From Octopus sinensis (Eukaryota), in NCBI RefSeq assembly GCF_006345805.1, contig NC_043011.1:2170001-2234000 (forward strand): 64,000 nt of DNA. The letters run 5' to 3'. Both the position numbers and the translations under genes were made by a program. This document shows positions 1 through 12,800 of this stretch, piece after piece (position 1 is the stretch's first letter; every line of letters starts with the position of its first letter). Below the pieces are notes generated by a model, which was not told where the DNA came from, ran no database searches, and saw only the letters and a list, made by a program, of their open reading frames with translations.

Positions 1-149
1 ATGCATGTATATATACATGTAGATGTAGGTACGTACATATATGTATGTATATATGCATATGTTTTATTTATTAATTTGTACATACATACATACATGTTTA
101 TGAATTTGTGTTGTAAGATTCCTGATATAAAGTTGTGTGTTGAAACAGA

Positions 150-1040
150 TATTATTATGTTTTGGGATGGTTATTATTTTTTTTGTTGCCAAATAAACAC
201 ACGCCCCATGTTTCTTCTTCACTTGCTTATTACTATTCTTATTCTAACTCAAGTTCATTGTCAGGAAACCGTTCGTCACACACCTGTGACCTCCTCAGTG
301 ACACTTTCCATCTTCATGTATGCTCTTGCTCTGCTTTTTCCATTCTGTTCTTCTATGATGTGTATCCATATATAAGCATGTGCCTGTGTTGGTGTGTGTG
401 TGTGTGTACATGTGCACGTGTGTCATTGTTCTTAGTAGCATTATGACCCTCCCATTAGCCTTGTCCCCTACCCTGTTACCACTGCTGCTGACCTTGAACC
501 CGACTTTTTGTACCATTCTTGTAACTCACTGTGTTTGTGTGTTCACCTATACTGCCGCCATTGTGGTAGTTGTTGTTGTTGCCATCTGTGTTGTTGATAT
601 TATGGTTTTCTGTGAAGTTACCGTATGTGTGTTTGTGTGTACATGGGTTCGCTTCCTATGTTGTTTGTATTTTTGTCCTTTACGCATTTCTTTTTTTTAT
701 TTCTTTATTTTCTTTTACTATTTATCATAGGTACAGGCATATATGTCTGTTGTATGTATAGTATACTGTTTTGTATATGGCTTTTTTCTCCCCTCAGTCT
801 TCAGTCATCATGTTGTGTGGTGTGGTGGTGGGATTTATTGCTCCATTTGTGTTTTCTATTGAGGCTCAGTCTGCCTAATGCTATGTGTGTAGTCTCTGTG
901 ATCCATCTAAGTATCGTGTCAGTTCTATGCGTTGATAATACTTTGACTTCTATGCTATTGACGGAGCCTTTATATTTTGCTTGAGCATGTTGGCAGATCA
1001 CTGATGAGCCTTTCTCTTCTTTGAGCTCTCACCTGTATTC
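150..1040 (-). mobile_element. Penelope-like element (PLE family A), 5'-truncated: end of GIY-YIG endonuclease plus 3' terminal region
   Basis: Minus strand encodes GSSVICQHAQAKYKGSVNSIEVKVLSTHRTDTILRWITETTHIALGRLSLNRK. This aligns with the GIY-YIG C-terminus at 53298-53501 ([52 protein letters not shown]). The 3' ends of the two copies are also homologous. Boundaries approximate. Confidence 0.85.
259..303 (-). ncRNA. Degenerate type I hammerhead-ribozyme-like motif in PLE 3' terminus
   Basis: Minus strand TGTCA-CTGAGGA-G-GTCACA-GGTG-TGTGAC-GAAC-GGTTTCC-TGACA: CUGANGA core, 6-bp stem II, 5-bp stem I. GAAA is reduced to GAAC and the cleavage triplet is unclear. Confidence 0.5.
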
Positions 1041-1229
1041 ACCTATATGCTCTCCTAATCTGCATGCTGTATAGACATATATGCACATACTTATGATAAA
1101 TATTTAACAAAAAAAAAATTAGAGACAAAATAAAAAACTGCTTAAAGGACATGGATACAAACAACATAGGAAGTGAGCCCATATACTCACACAATAGTCC
1201 GCCACATCATAGTCCTCCAGGTGATAACA

Positions 1230-1960
1230 AAAGAATTTAAGACAGGCTGCTCCTGAGAACTCTTCTATACAGATGACCTTGCTCTAATAGCTGAATCACT
1301 ACCAGAATCATCTAGACTAACTCTCTCCCAAAGGTATGCGAGCATAGTCTAGAATTGAAGGACCTTAGAGTTAACTAAGCAAAAAGCAAAGTCTTAGCAA
1401 GTAGGAAGGCAGACAAATCATAAATCCCTTCAGGTAGATGACTCTGCTTGATCTGTAGAAAAGGCGTAGGTAGAAAATTCATAAGATGCACCTGGTGTAA
1501 GCTATGGACACATAAAAGGTGCAACTATATCAGAGGAAGGTTAACAGGGAAAAGAGCTTTTGTACTTGGAAGATGCACAGGTACAATAAACACCAAAAGT
1601 ATACAGAAAATTAACTCCATCAACTGCCAGGGGTATAAGCTAGAGGTCGTAAATAGCTTCCATTATCTAGGTGACCAAGTTAATAGTGGAGTGGATTCTT
1701 TGAGAACATAGCTGTAAGAATAAGGTTAGTCTGGGCAAAGTTCATAGAGCTCCTACCTCAGCTGGCAACAAAGAGCCTCTCCCTCAAAGAGAAAGGCAGA
1801 TGATGCCTGTGTGTGAACAGCTATGTTACACAGTAGTGAAATATGGGCTGTGACAGCTGAGGACATGCATAGGTTTGAAAGAAATGAAACCGGTATGCTT
1901 TGCTGAATGTGCAATGTCAGTGTGCATGTTTGACAGGGTATAAGCATCTTGAGAGAAAAG
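1230..1960 (+). mobile_element. Decayed RTE-clade LINE, RT C-terminal part with a Cys-rich (PHD-like) insert
   Basis: ELFYTDDLALIAES (YADD-type motif), then ICRKGVGRKFIRCTWCKLWTHKRC and LEVVNSFHYLGDQV. Homologous to the RTE at 14026-14628; contains stops and frameshifts. Confidence 0.85.
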
Positions 1961-3674
1961 TGAGTGTCTGTATATGTATCTGTGCATATTTGTATGTATG
2001 CATGTGCATTTGTGTTTGTCCACACCAACACTTGACAGCTGGGGTTCATTTATTTATATCCCAATGGCAATAATTTAGCAAAAGAAAGCAATAGAATAAG
2101 TACCAGGTTTTAAAGAAATAAGCCCTGTGGGTCAATTGTTTGACTAAACCCATCAAAGCAGTGCTCCAGCATGGCTGCACTCCAGTGACTGAAACAACTT
2201 AAAGAGATAAAAGACAGAAAATAATTGTTTGTGTAAAACATATAAATTCACGTTTATCATTATTATTATTGAAAGGTGCCAAATTGGCAGAAACCTTTGA
2301 TCAGTGGAAAAATGCCTTGTTCTTCCAACTCACTAGATTCTCAAGGTCACCTTTGCCTTCCATCTCTTCAGGGAGCAATATAATAAAATACCAGTTAAGT
2401 ACTGGGGGATCAATTTAATTGACTAACAACCTCCCCGTAAATGTGCTGGCCTTGTGCCTAAACCAGAATAATTAGTAATTACTGTCATTGACTTTCGTGT
2501 TTATTTTTATCATTAACACTGCTGTTGTTCAGGTTTGATAAAAATGTCTTTGTTTTAGCTGTGATGATTGCTGCTCTTGTTATTGTTGTAGCATTTTTGA
2601 AGGAAATGCAATAATTACTAACAGCTAAAATCATGACAGCAAACTCTAAAAAGAGCATCCTAAACAAAAATAGACAACTATATGTGTGTGTGTGTGTGTA
2701 AATAAGCAATATCTATATATACATAGATACACATATGCTTGAACTAAAAAAAGAAATCAATTATGAAGAGCATATATATTCAAGTGCTATTTCAGACATT
2801 TAATGTAGATTCCTAAACCTGACTAAATCTAAAAGCAAAACTTTGAAATTAAAATAGTAAACAAAACTGCAAAAGAAGAGGGAAATAAACTATAGATAGA
2901 ATAATGGCAAAGGAAGTGGGGAAAATAAGCCAAAATATCAAAGAAAACAACCTGGAGCATGGTAATATCGAAGACCTTTCTTGCATGCTGCCAAATTCAA
3001 TTAGGAATTTGTTACTTTAAGACAAATTGCCAGCAATATTTTACAACGAAACTAGTATTCTGTATCAATTTTCATCATTAATTGACTGTTATGGAATTGT
3101 GTACAGTGAAGTGTGTAAGCTCACACAAACAGTCACATGCACATAATATATAACACACACATGCATATATATATTCGTACATGCATACACATAAACATAA
3201 GTGTCTATAAATCTGTGAGAGAGAGAAAAGAAAGGGAAAAGTCAAAATGTTCAGCTTTGACCTATCGCTTCTCCAGTTTTCTTTGCTTTACCTCTACCTA
3301 TTATTGTTACATCCCCATGCTAACTCTTAACATTTTCTCATGCAGCAGGAATTCTCCATTTACATTATATACTACTAAGAGCATTTTTCCTTCTCTATAC
3401 ATTATGCTATACCTTTGATATTGAATTACTTTCTCAGCCTACTTGAGCTCGAGTTTTCTCATAAAATAATATTACACAGTTAGAATATCATATACGATTT
3501 ATTCTCTTCAAATACTGAAAATCTCTTGCATCCACTGATCATGCTTCATCTCTGCTAAGTATCATAACTTCCTTCTTCAAATACATAACATAAAACAAAA
3601 GCTCTTTTAACACTGTGTGATATAGTTTCTGTTGACAGACACACACATATATATAGAAGCTCGTTATATGTATA

Positions 3675-4035
3675 CTAGCAGTATCGCCCGGCGTTGCTTG
3701 GGTTTGTAAGGGAAATAACTATAAAGCATTTTTAGAGTTATAACCAAAAAATAGCAAAAAAATGCATTAAAAATGGAAAAAAAATTATGGTAAATTTTTT
3801 AAAAATCGTTGACTCATCGTAGACATTTTTAGAGAGTTACTTCCCTTATATAATAGCGAAAAAATGCATTAAAATGGAAAAAAATGATGGTAAATTATTT
3901 TTAAAATCGTAGACTCATCGTAGATGCGCACTAATACCCAAAAGGGCTCGATATGAATCACGACTATAATGTGGGAGTAGTTAGGAATCTAAATCGTAGG
4001 AGATAGACACACAACCTTACTTTTATATATAAAGA
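3675..4035 (-). mobile_element. Non-autonomous Helitron, copy 1
   Basis: On the minus strand it starts A|TCTTTATATATAAAA and ends with a hairpin (CCCAAGCAACGCCGGG) then GATACTGCTAG|T: Helitron TC...CTAG termini, A|T target, no TSD. Homologous copies at 18878 and 38845. Confidence 0.85.
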
Positions 4036-4276
4036 TATCTATGCTAAGGCTAAAAATTATTACACTTATCAGCATTATTAAGCATTATCAAACACAGCAT
4101 GGTTGCAAACTTTGGTTGGACTTAGTACAGCTTTAACAGTGTTGACTCTAATGCAAGTATTTTATTCAGATTTTGGTTTGTAGACTACACAATCTCTCAA
4201 AGTATTTTGTACATCTACTAATTATTGACTGGTGTAAAGGTATCCTTCTCATATTGTAGATACATGGCTAATAGGA

Positions 4277-4510
4277 AGGCGGCGAGCTGGCAGAAACGTT
4301 AGCACGCTGGGCGAAATGTGTAGCCGTATTTCGTCTGCCGCTACGTTCTGAGTTCAAATTCCGCTGAGGTCGACTTTGCCTTTCATCATTTCGGGGTTGA
4401 TTAAATAAGTACCAGTTACACACTGGGGTCGATATAATCGACTTAATCCGTTTGTCTGTCCTTGTTTGTCCTCTCTGTGTTTAGCCCCTTGTGGGTAGTA
4501 GAGAAATAGG
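4277..4510 (+). mobile_element. tRNA-derived SINE family B (about 235 bp)
   Basis: A-box-like TGGCAGAAACG, B-box GTTCAAATTCC, central GACTTTGCCTTTCATC(C)TTTCGGGGTCGA block resembling the Meta-type SINE domain. About 10 copies in the window. Confidence 0.9.
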
Positions 4511-5252
4511 TATGGCTATTTGATTAAGAAATTTGATTCCAATCCACTTGGTCCAAAATTTGGTTCCACTGTGTGGGTGCTGTCAATTGTTCTTACTATA
4601 GGTGTGAATTGACCAGTAGTTTGTGAATAGATGGAAACTGGAAGATGAGTATGTGTATTTCCCATCCTACCTGCATATCACAACCTTCCATTCTATACAC
4701 CTGTTTTATTCTGTGTTCATTAATTGATTGTAGGTTGGGTGGCAGCTACTGTTGAATTTGTTTTTTGGAGCCTGCTTTGTATTTTTAATTATTACTAAGT
4801 TTATAGGAGAATTGCATTAAATTGTCTTTTCATCTAATCTGTTATATGTATTGAAATTGTTTATTTGCTTGAGAAAGCTGTGTATGTGTGAAATTCTGGC
4901 CAATGAATTTATCTGTTACCTCTATCAAGTAGTTTATTTGGTCGTGGAGGATGCATGTGTGTGTGTGTGTGTGTGTGTATGTGTGGCTTTGATAATATGC
5001 ATCTGTGTGAGTGTGTTTGTATGTGTGTTTGAATTTTCCTTTAATTGAGGTCAAAAGATATATACGTAATATGTTATTTAATGGGATTTAATATATCGAT
5101 TATTTATGCTTTGAGTGATCTTTTTTTTTTATATATTGCTGTGCAAGTGTTTGTATCTATGTATATTTACATTTTGTCAAGGCCTCTTTTTATGTGTGTT
5201 TGTGTTTTGAGTGTCGTGCTTTGTGTCGGATGTGATGGCTAAATTCATGTGG

Positions 5253-5354
5253 ATAGAAAGATGTTTTATAAACACATTCTACCAGTATACGAAGTTTAAA
5301 ATTTTTTAGTTACCTAGAAATTGTTAAAAACTCCTGTTCAAACCGAAAAGATCC
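5253..5354 (+). mobile_element. Isolated right end of the MITE found complete at 58639-59059
   Basis: Matches the last about 100 bp of the MITE, including the TIR (…GTTCAAACCGAAAAGATCC). Confidence 0.7.
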
Positions 5355-7384
5355 AAAATTTTAATAAAATAAAGTCAAAGGTAGACCTTACAGTATGTCC
5401 GAGGTCAAATTAGTCATACATCAGGAGTATGGAAGTAATTGGTGAAGCTGTTTTCGCATTAAAAGTGAATACGCACACATCTCTATTTCATATATCAGAT
5501 GATGTAGCTTTTAAGAAAGCAGTGTAATAAATTCATCTAAATTTTCTCTTGTTTAATAATTCTGTTTATGTATTTATGTTACTTCTTGAAAGTTTTTCTT
5601 TTCAGATACTATTCATTATAAAAATTTCTAAATATAGGCATTGAAACTTATTTCTTTATCAACAGCTGCTTTTTTAAAAAGAGAATTAATTATTTAATGA
5701 GTGGTGAATATGAAGTGAAAGTTGGTTCCCATGAAAGGGAAGCAGGAGACTAGTTGAGAAGTCAGGTTTATGTTCTATCAGTGGCACTGCATTGACTTAA
5801 CCCACAAATACTGTTCTCCAACATCTTCTCAGTTCACACTTGGCCACCTTAAATAAAGTGAGTTTGGATATAGAAAAAGGTGGGATGGTCATGGCATCAT
5901 AATCATTATCATAAACCAAGAAACTCAAATGGTTGAGTTTCAATTCCTTTTGCAAACATTTTACTTTATGTATTTCTATGTTCAACTATGTTTCATTAGA
6001 GATTATAAGAATGGTAGAAATGCAATGATATACAGTGGATTTTTTCTTTGGAGATAATGAAAACTATCAATCTGATCAAAGATCCTGTTTTATTCTGATG
6101 TTGTATCAAAGTGACCTATCTTTTGATTAATATGTTTCTTCTGTGTATCTAATATATTAAGATTGTCGGGAGGTTAATTAATGTGAGTCATCAGGTGCAG
6201 CTTAATCAATCATTTGGTTCAGCACCACCACAAAATTCAGGTCAGGCCTCTAGTCGGAAGATAATTTCTTCCTTTCCCTTGTACCATTTTAATACAAATC
6301 CTGAGTAATACCACTTCTCTTTACTTTGACTAAAAGAGATGAAATAAAAATATTGAACATGTCATTCATACCTGGATGGATTCTGATTTTTGAGCACTTC
6401 ATTTCTTGTCGCTTTTCATCACTTGTTTGACAATATGGTTTGTATTACAGACAAATGCCTTGTTTTGGAAAATAAGGAATTTTAACAAGCAGTCACATGC
6501 ACTCAGTCATATCCTCCTCTGCCTCCTCCTCCTTGTCATCGTCATCGTCATTTTACATCGTTTTCCATGCTGGCATTTTTTCAACGGATTACTATCATTA
6601 GAGACAGCATGTATTCAGTGGTTCTATTCACTTAGATGGGTTGGAAAATTTCATCTCACCTGTGTTTCATTTTTGGCTTCATTCCCTTTACAGAGTGTAC
6701 AGGATGCTATTTTTCAAGACACCTGCACTAGAAAGGTATCATGTCCTTGACAAGTCTAAAAGCCCGACACACATACACATACTCACATATATGACTTCAG
6801 AATGATGCACTACAAAATACAATGTGTTGGATTTTAAACAAGAATATTAAAGAATACAACAGAGTGTCGTATCTACCCTCACATATCTTTTTGAAAGCTA
6901 GCAAGCATTACTGCGAATTTACTGTGAACAAAATATTGTTCCATTGAAATACTTTCAACTAATGATTAAAATCATTTGTTTGATTTTCATAACAATCCTT
7001 GAATATTAATATGTCTCCTCCTCAATGTTTAAAAATTCATGATTATCTCTAGGTGTTCAAGAAATTTTGATTAAGGAGATGATAATTACAAAATTTCAGT
7101 TAAATTAATGTTCCCTGCTATTCAGAATTAACTGCTATAGAGGAATCAACACTTACATTCTGTCTGTATGGCTTCTTCTTTCTATTAACCTTTACATTGT
7201 AATTAATGAATTCATTGCTGTTGGTTTTTGCAAGTTTCCTAGTTGTAGTTCATTATAACAGTTCCTTTTCTAATTATCGTTTTTCATTAAAATAATATTT
7301 CTTTTATTCACAATTAACTTTTAGAAAATGAATTTTTTTTCAATTAAATCATTGTTATAATAATTACATTCTTAATATAATGAC

Positions 7385-7540
<156 letters not shown>

Positions 7541-8221
7541 TTTTCTTTTCTGTGTACATGTATATATGTATTATAAGTATATATATATATATGCAGAGAG
7601 AGAGAGAAACTACATGTACGTATATAGTATTCAGGAGTAATGGGAGTAATGTACATATATATGTATAAATGTATGCATGCATGTATATGCGTGTATATAT
7701 ATACACACAAACATGCACACACACATATATATAAATTGTATATATGTGTGTATAAGTTGTATGTGTGTGTGTGTGTAGAAAGAGGAGAGGTATATTTTAT
7801 TTTAAACTTTTATTTTTAATTTAAAAGATTCTTCAAAACTTCATGTTTTATCATTAACGCAATTTATGTATGACTCAAATTGTTATTTATGTATCTTAGT
7901 TTGAATAATATCATACAATATACATGTGAGATAACAGAATAAACAATTAAAACAATATTTGGATAAACCATTTTGTTGCTGCTTAAAATTCTGTTTTAAT
8001 TCTATCCAAACAATTAAGAAAAATCTTTCAACTGAAAAGAAATTTGCAGTTTTAAATGTGAAATAGAACCATTGTTAAAAGTGTGACATCATTCTGCATG
8101 ATGTTTTCTTATGCATTTTCTCATTCAATTCCATCAATGTAAATAAGGCATTTGAAAAGTAAAATGTCTCATATATAAAATTAGTTTGCTGTACACATGC
8201 AACAGATTACACACACAGTAT

Positions 8222-8223
8222 AC

Positions 8224-8316
<93 letters not shown>

Positions 8317-8317
8317 A

Positions 8318-8386
<69 letters not shown>

Positions 8387-8455
8387 GTATATATATATAT
8401 TATATATATGTATATATTATATATATATATGTATATATATGTATATAATATTATA

Positions 8456-8507
<52 letters not shown>

Positions 8508-8509
8508 AC

Positions 8510-8561
<52 letters not shown>

Positions 8562-8607
8562 CATATATAATATATATATATATATACATATATATATTAA
8601 ATATATA
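8222..8607. repeat. Long interrupted (TA)n array, left flank of the LINE
   Basis: Directly visible. Confidence 0.95.
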
Positions 8608-8915
8608 GGATTATATCCATTATATGGATTAACTGTTGGAGTGGACGGACGTCTATTTGTTTCTCTCCCAAGTCAGTAGCAAGCTACACAGCTTCAAAAC
8701 TAACTGACCTTAAATATATATATATTTGTAACCACGTGTTTGCCTACAAACCCGTAAGTACCTGTTTTTCTTTTAATATCCTCAAACAACCAAATAATCA
8801 AAAACTCACACCCTTAAGAGAGAACATTTATATATATATACACTTCTTTAACTCCCAAGAAAGAATATATATATTTTCAAAAATCAAAAGGAAAACAAAC
8901 AAAAGAAAAACAAAC

Positions 8916-9629
8916 ATGACTAACTTGCAGGCCTGCAACAGACGAAATTGGTCTGATAACGAAATTGATGTTTTAATAAACACATGGCTCTCTCTTTCCC
9001 AAACAGAAAATCTAAATGTCTTGTGTTTGAATGAGATTGCCGAAAAAACATCACAAGTGGTCAACACACGATCCGTCAAACAGATTCGTAGCAAGTTGAA
9101 ACATATCGAAGTATCTTTCAAACTGATAAGAGGCCATTATGAAAAGCTTCTACATATTTTCACAGTTCAAGAACAACAACAGCTAGAAAATCAGCAGCCA
9201 CAACAACAACAACAACAGAATGAGCCACTCCTGGTTCCCAGCACAATGGCTGACCCTGACATCGGTCAGGCACAACAACAACAACAACAGCCACAGCAAC
9301 AAGAACAACAGCCACTCCTCAACTCTAGCTTACTAGACGATTCACTAAATGCCAGTATCTTTTCACCGCTCTCACAGCAACCACCACAATTATCATCATC
9401 ATCATCACCACCGCTGCCACCATCGTCTTCTATCACCAAAAATACCAACAGAAAACCAAATAAGAAACCACTGCCCTCTTCCCCCACATCACCACCTCAA
9501 TACTACTGCAGTAACAAAAACTTAAAGAAACATAGGAAGCAGAATGCGCCCCCCACGGCTCACTCATCTTCCAGGGACCCGACGCACAAACAGAAACGGG
9601 GCCTCAAGCCAACACACAAACCTGAATAA
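8916..9629 (+). CDS. LINE ORF1, N-terminal part: Myb/SANT-like domain followed by Gln-rich and Pro/Ser-rich low-complexity segments
   Basis: First ATG in AAAC-ATG-A context (8736 in the track is a non-ATG start). RRNWSDNEIDVLINTW…NEIAEKTSQVVNTRSVKQIRSKLKHIEVSFK fits the trihelix/Myb_DNA-bind_4 pattern by eye. Confidence 0.75.
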   Translation: MTNLQACNRRNWSDNEIDVLINTWLSLSQTENLNVLCLNEIAEKTSQVVNTRSVKQIRSKLKHIEVSFKLIRGHYEKLLHIFTVQEQQQLENQQPQQQQQQNEPLLVPSTMADPDIGQAQQQQQQPQQQEQQPLLNSSLLDDSLNASIFSPLSQQPPQLSSSSSPPLPPSSSITKNTNRKPNKKPLPSSPTSPPQYYCSNKNLKKHRKQNAPPTAHSSSRDPTHKQKRGLKPTHKPE

Positions 9630-9897
9630 CAATAAAAATAGAAACACACCATGCTGCAGTAATGTTGGTCCAGTCTTTTCAGGAAGACACAAAAACAACA
9701 ACAACAAAAGTGGAAACTACAACCCTATCCAACAGTGCAACCACACCTCCAGCCAAAAACTGCTCCCTAAGCAGGAAAATTCTTTTTTAGCCATGTTGAA
9801 CATGGCAAAAGAGATACACAAAAACATTCTAGCCATCACTCAACACCATCCTATGCTATTACCCCAGTGCACCAATTCCCCACATTGCTGCCACTAA
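9526..9897 (+). CDS. Probable C-terminal part of ORF1, shifted +1 relative to 8916-9629
   Basis: This frame is open from 9526 to 9897 and overlaps both ORF1a and ORF2. Removing one base, for example from the C6 run at 9549-9554, would give one ORF1 of about 326 aa (inference). Confidence 0.5.
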   Translation, partial: RNIGSRMRPPRLTHLPGTRRTNRNGASSQHTNLNNNKNRNTPCCSNVGPVFSGRHKNNNNKSGNYNPIQQCNHTSSQKLLPKQENSFLAMLNMAKEIHKNILAITQHHPMLLPQCTNSPHCCH

Positions 9898-12800
9898 CAC
9901 ACACAAAAAATCCAAGCCCCCTGCAACAGTCAAAACCAGCCACTACACTAACCTCCACATTCCTACTCAATGCACAAGGTGTCAGCCCTTCCATCAATGC
10001 ACAAAAATGGAAGGTCCAATTCATTGAAGACTGGGTTGGTAACCATTCACACCACATCCCTTTCTTCATTCTCACTGAGACCCACCTTGACAACTCCCAC
10101 TTGGAAGCCGAAGTGAGAGTGAAGAATTTCACAACCATCCGCGCGGATCGTATCGGCAGGAGGAAGGGTGGAACTGCCATTTTCCTGCATGATTCATTTA
10201 CGGCAGATGGAAATAGTATATTCTCCAACGGCTACTGTGAATCAGTCACCGTGCACAACAAAGCCAATGACCTGACAGTAATTGGGCTCTATAGGCCGCC
10301 CCAAACACCCATACTGTGCTTTAAAGAATGCCTCAACAGCATTAAGTGCTTTATTCAACAGTGCCATTCTAGCAACATACTCATGATGGGAGACTTCAAT
10401 CTACCCTGTGTTGACTGGACTACAAACTGTTTGAAACCAAGCACTCCCACCTCAACCGCTGACAAAGAAGCAGCAGAGTCACTTTTCGACTTTACGAATG
10501 AGTTTTTCTTGTCCCAACTTGTCCTTGCACCAACAGGACATCAGAACATTTTGGACCTAGTGTTTAGTAACTACACTAACACTATACATAACGTTACAGT
10601 GGAAAAAACCCTTCTTTCAGACCATGACATGGTTCTCTGTAACATGAAATTCCACCAGCCGAAAGCTAATCCTAGTGACCTTCCTCCAGCCCACCCATTT
10701 GACAACATGGATCTCCATAAAGCCAACTGGGATGCAATCAGGAACGAGCTATCAAATGTTGACTGGTCCTTTACACATACACACATCTCCACCAACCATA
10801 AAACATCTTGGCAGATCTTTGTAGACACCGTCACAGACATATGTGCAAAACACTCCCCACCAAGACCTGTGAACAAAAAGTGCAGAATCCCCCAAAACAG
10901 AAAAACCATTATCAGAAAAATAAAAAGAACAAACAAAAAAATTAACAAACTAAAGTACTGCCAACAGCAACACACACATTCGACGGCTATCGCACTGCTT
11001 GAATCCAAAAAATATAACCTCCAACAATGCATGAAGACCCTCATCAATAACCAAAGATCAGCTGAGGAGAAGTGGGCCATTGAAAAAATCAAACTCAACC
11101 CCAAAGTGTTCTTTTCATTTGCGAGGAAACGCAGGGTCACTGTCTCCACTGTAGGCCCTCTAATTGACAAAACTGGCACTCTCCAAGATAATGCCAAATC
11201 CATGGCCGAGATACTGCAGAAACAATACTGCTCTGTTTTCAGCAATCCTGATATGGCCGATCTGGGCTGTATCAGTGATGTCAACCCCCAACACACTATA
11301 TCGGACATAACGTTTAGTGCCCCTGATGTCTTAGCGGTGATAAACGAAATAAAACACAATTCAGCAGTAGGCCCCGATAGGTTCCCTGCTTGTGTCCTGA
11401 AGGTGTGTCGACACCAACTTGCATCTCCCCTTGCTAATCTGTGGAGAAACTCACTGGATGCTGGCTATATTCCAAAAAACCTTCTGTCCCAGTCTGTTGT
11501 CCCAGTTTTCAAAAAGGGAAACAAGTCCCTTGCAGTGAATTACCGTCCGATCTCACTCACCTCTCATATCATCAAGGTATTTGAGAGGGTGGTGAGATCT
11601 CGAATAACCCAATTTCTGGAAAGCAACAGACGGCTGATCTCCAACCAACATGGGTTCCGTAATGGAAGGGACTGCCTAACGCAGCTCCTGCATCACTTTG
11701 AGGACATTTTGAGAGCTTTGGGAGAGGGCTCCAACACCGATGTCATCTACCTTGATTTCAGTAAGGCCTTCGACAGGGTCGATCACAAGATCCTATTGAA
11801 AAAACTATCCAACATTGGTGTCTCTGGAAAGTTACTGAAATGGATTAAGTGTTTCCTGACAGACAGATCTCAACATGTTGTAGTTGAAGGGGTAAAATCA
11901 AGCCCAGCCAAAGTCAGTAGTGGCGTTCTGCAAGGCACTGTGCTGGGCCCACTTCTTTTCATCATTTACGTTAATGACATTAATGACATCATCAAGCACA
12001 GCAACATAAAAATCTTTGCAGATGACTCCAAGCTACAGAAGGTCATAAATGAGGCGAGTGACCGGACATGCCTTCAGTCAGATCTACTGGCTGTTATCCA
12101 ATGGGCAGAAAAAAACAATATGCTGCTGAACGAGGATAAATTTGAGCTAATCCACTTTGGAAAAGAGGATGCCCTGAAACTCCCATACTCCCTTCCTTCA
12201 GGTGAAACTCTCGCGGCGTCCAACAACATCAGAGACTTGGGAGTAATTGTGGACAACAACGTAAGCTGGGCCACTCATATAAACACCAAAGTTGACATGG
12301 CCCGCAGAATGTGTTCCTGGATTCTCAGAACTTTCCAGTCGAGAGATATCCACACCATTATCCTTCTCTTCTCCACTTTTGCCCGACCCCACCTTGAATA
12401 CTGTTGTCCACTGTGGTCTCCCCACACAATACAAGGTATCATAAAAGTTGAAGCACCTCAAAGGGCAATCACAAAAAAGATAGATGGCATGACAGGCCTC
12501 GACTATTGGGGTCGACTAGAAAAGCTAAAACTCTATTCTCTCCAACGTCGTCGTGAGCGCTACATCATCTGCATGATGTGGAAAATATTCCATCAGCATT
12601 GCCCAAATGATGTTGGCATCACCTTTAAGGTACATCCAAGGCTTGGGCCCCGTGCCATCCGCCCAAAACAAAAATCGCACTCTCATCTCATAACAACAAT
12701 ACGGCACAATTATTTCACCTCAATTGGCCCCGCTCTCTTTAACATTACACCAAAACACATTAAAACAGAAACTGACCCTATAGGGTTCAAGAAGTCTTTG

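Noticed and set aside
1001-1008. CTGATGAG here and CTGACGAG at 52739-52746 as hammerhead cores
   Set aside because: Both are the antisense of PLE coding sequence and have no matching GAAA or stems.
2533-2614. Possible terminal exon FDKNVFVLAVMIAALVIVVAFLKEMQ* (transmembrane-like)
   Set aside because: Acceptor only; hydrophobic strings arise readily from T-rich DNA; no partner exon identified.
8197-8608. Many track ORFs rich in YI, VC, HT or poly-V/T (also 7380-7724, 12941-13469, 33891-34288, 49050-49510, 53213-53858)
   Set aside because: They are translations of (TA)n, (CA)n, (TCTA)n and trinucleotide microsatellites that happen to lack stops.
10571-11359. 262-aa minus-strand ORF and other antisense ORFs over ORF2 and the mariner
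   Set aside because: Antisense shadows of real coding frames, with no motif of their own.
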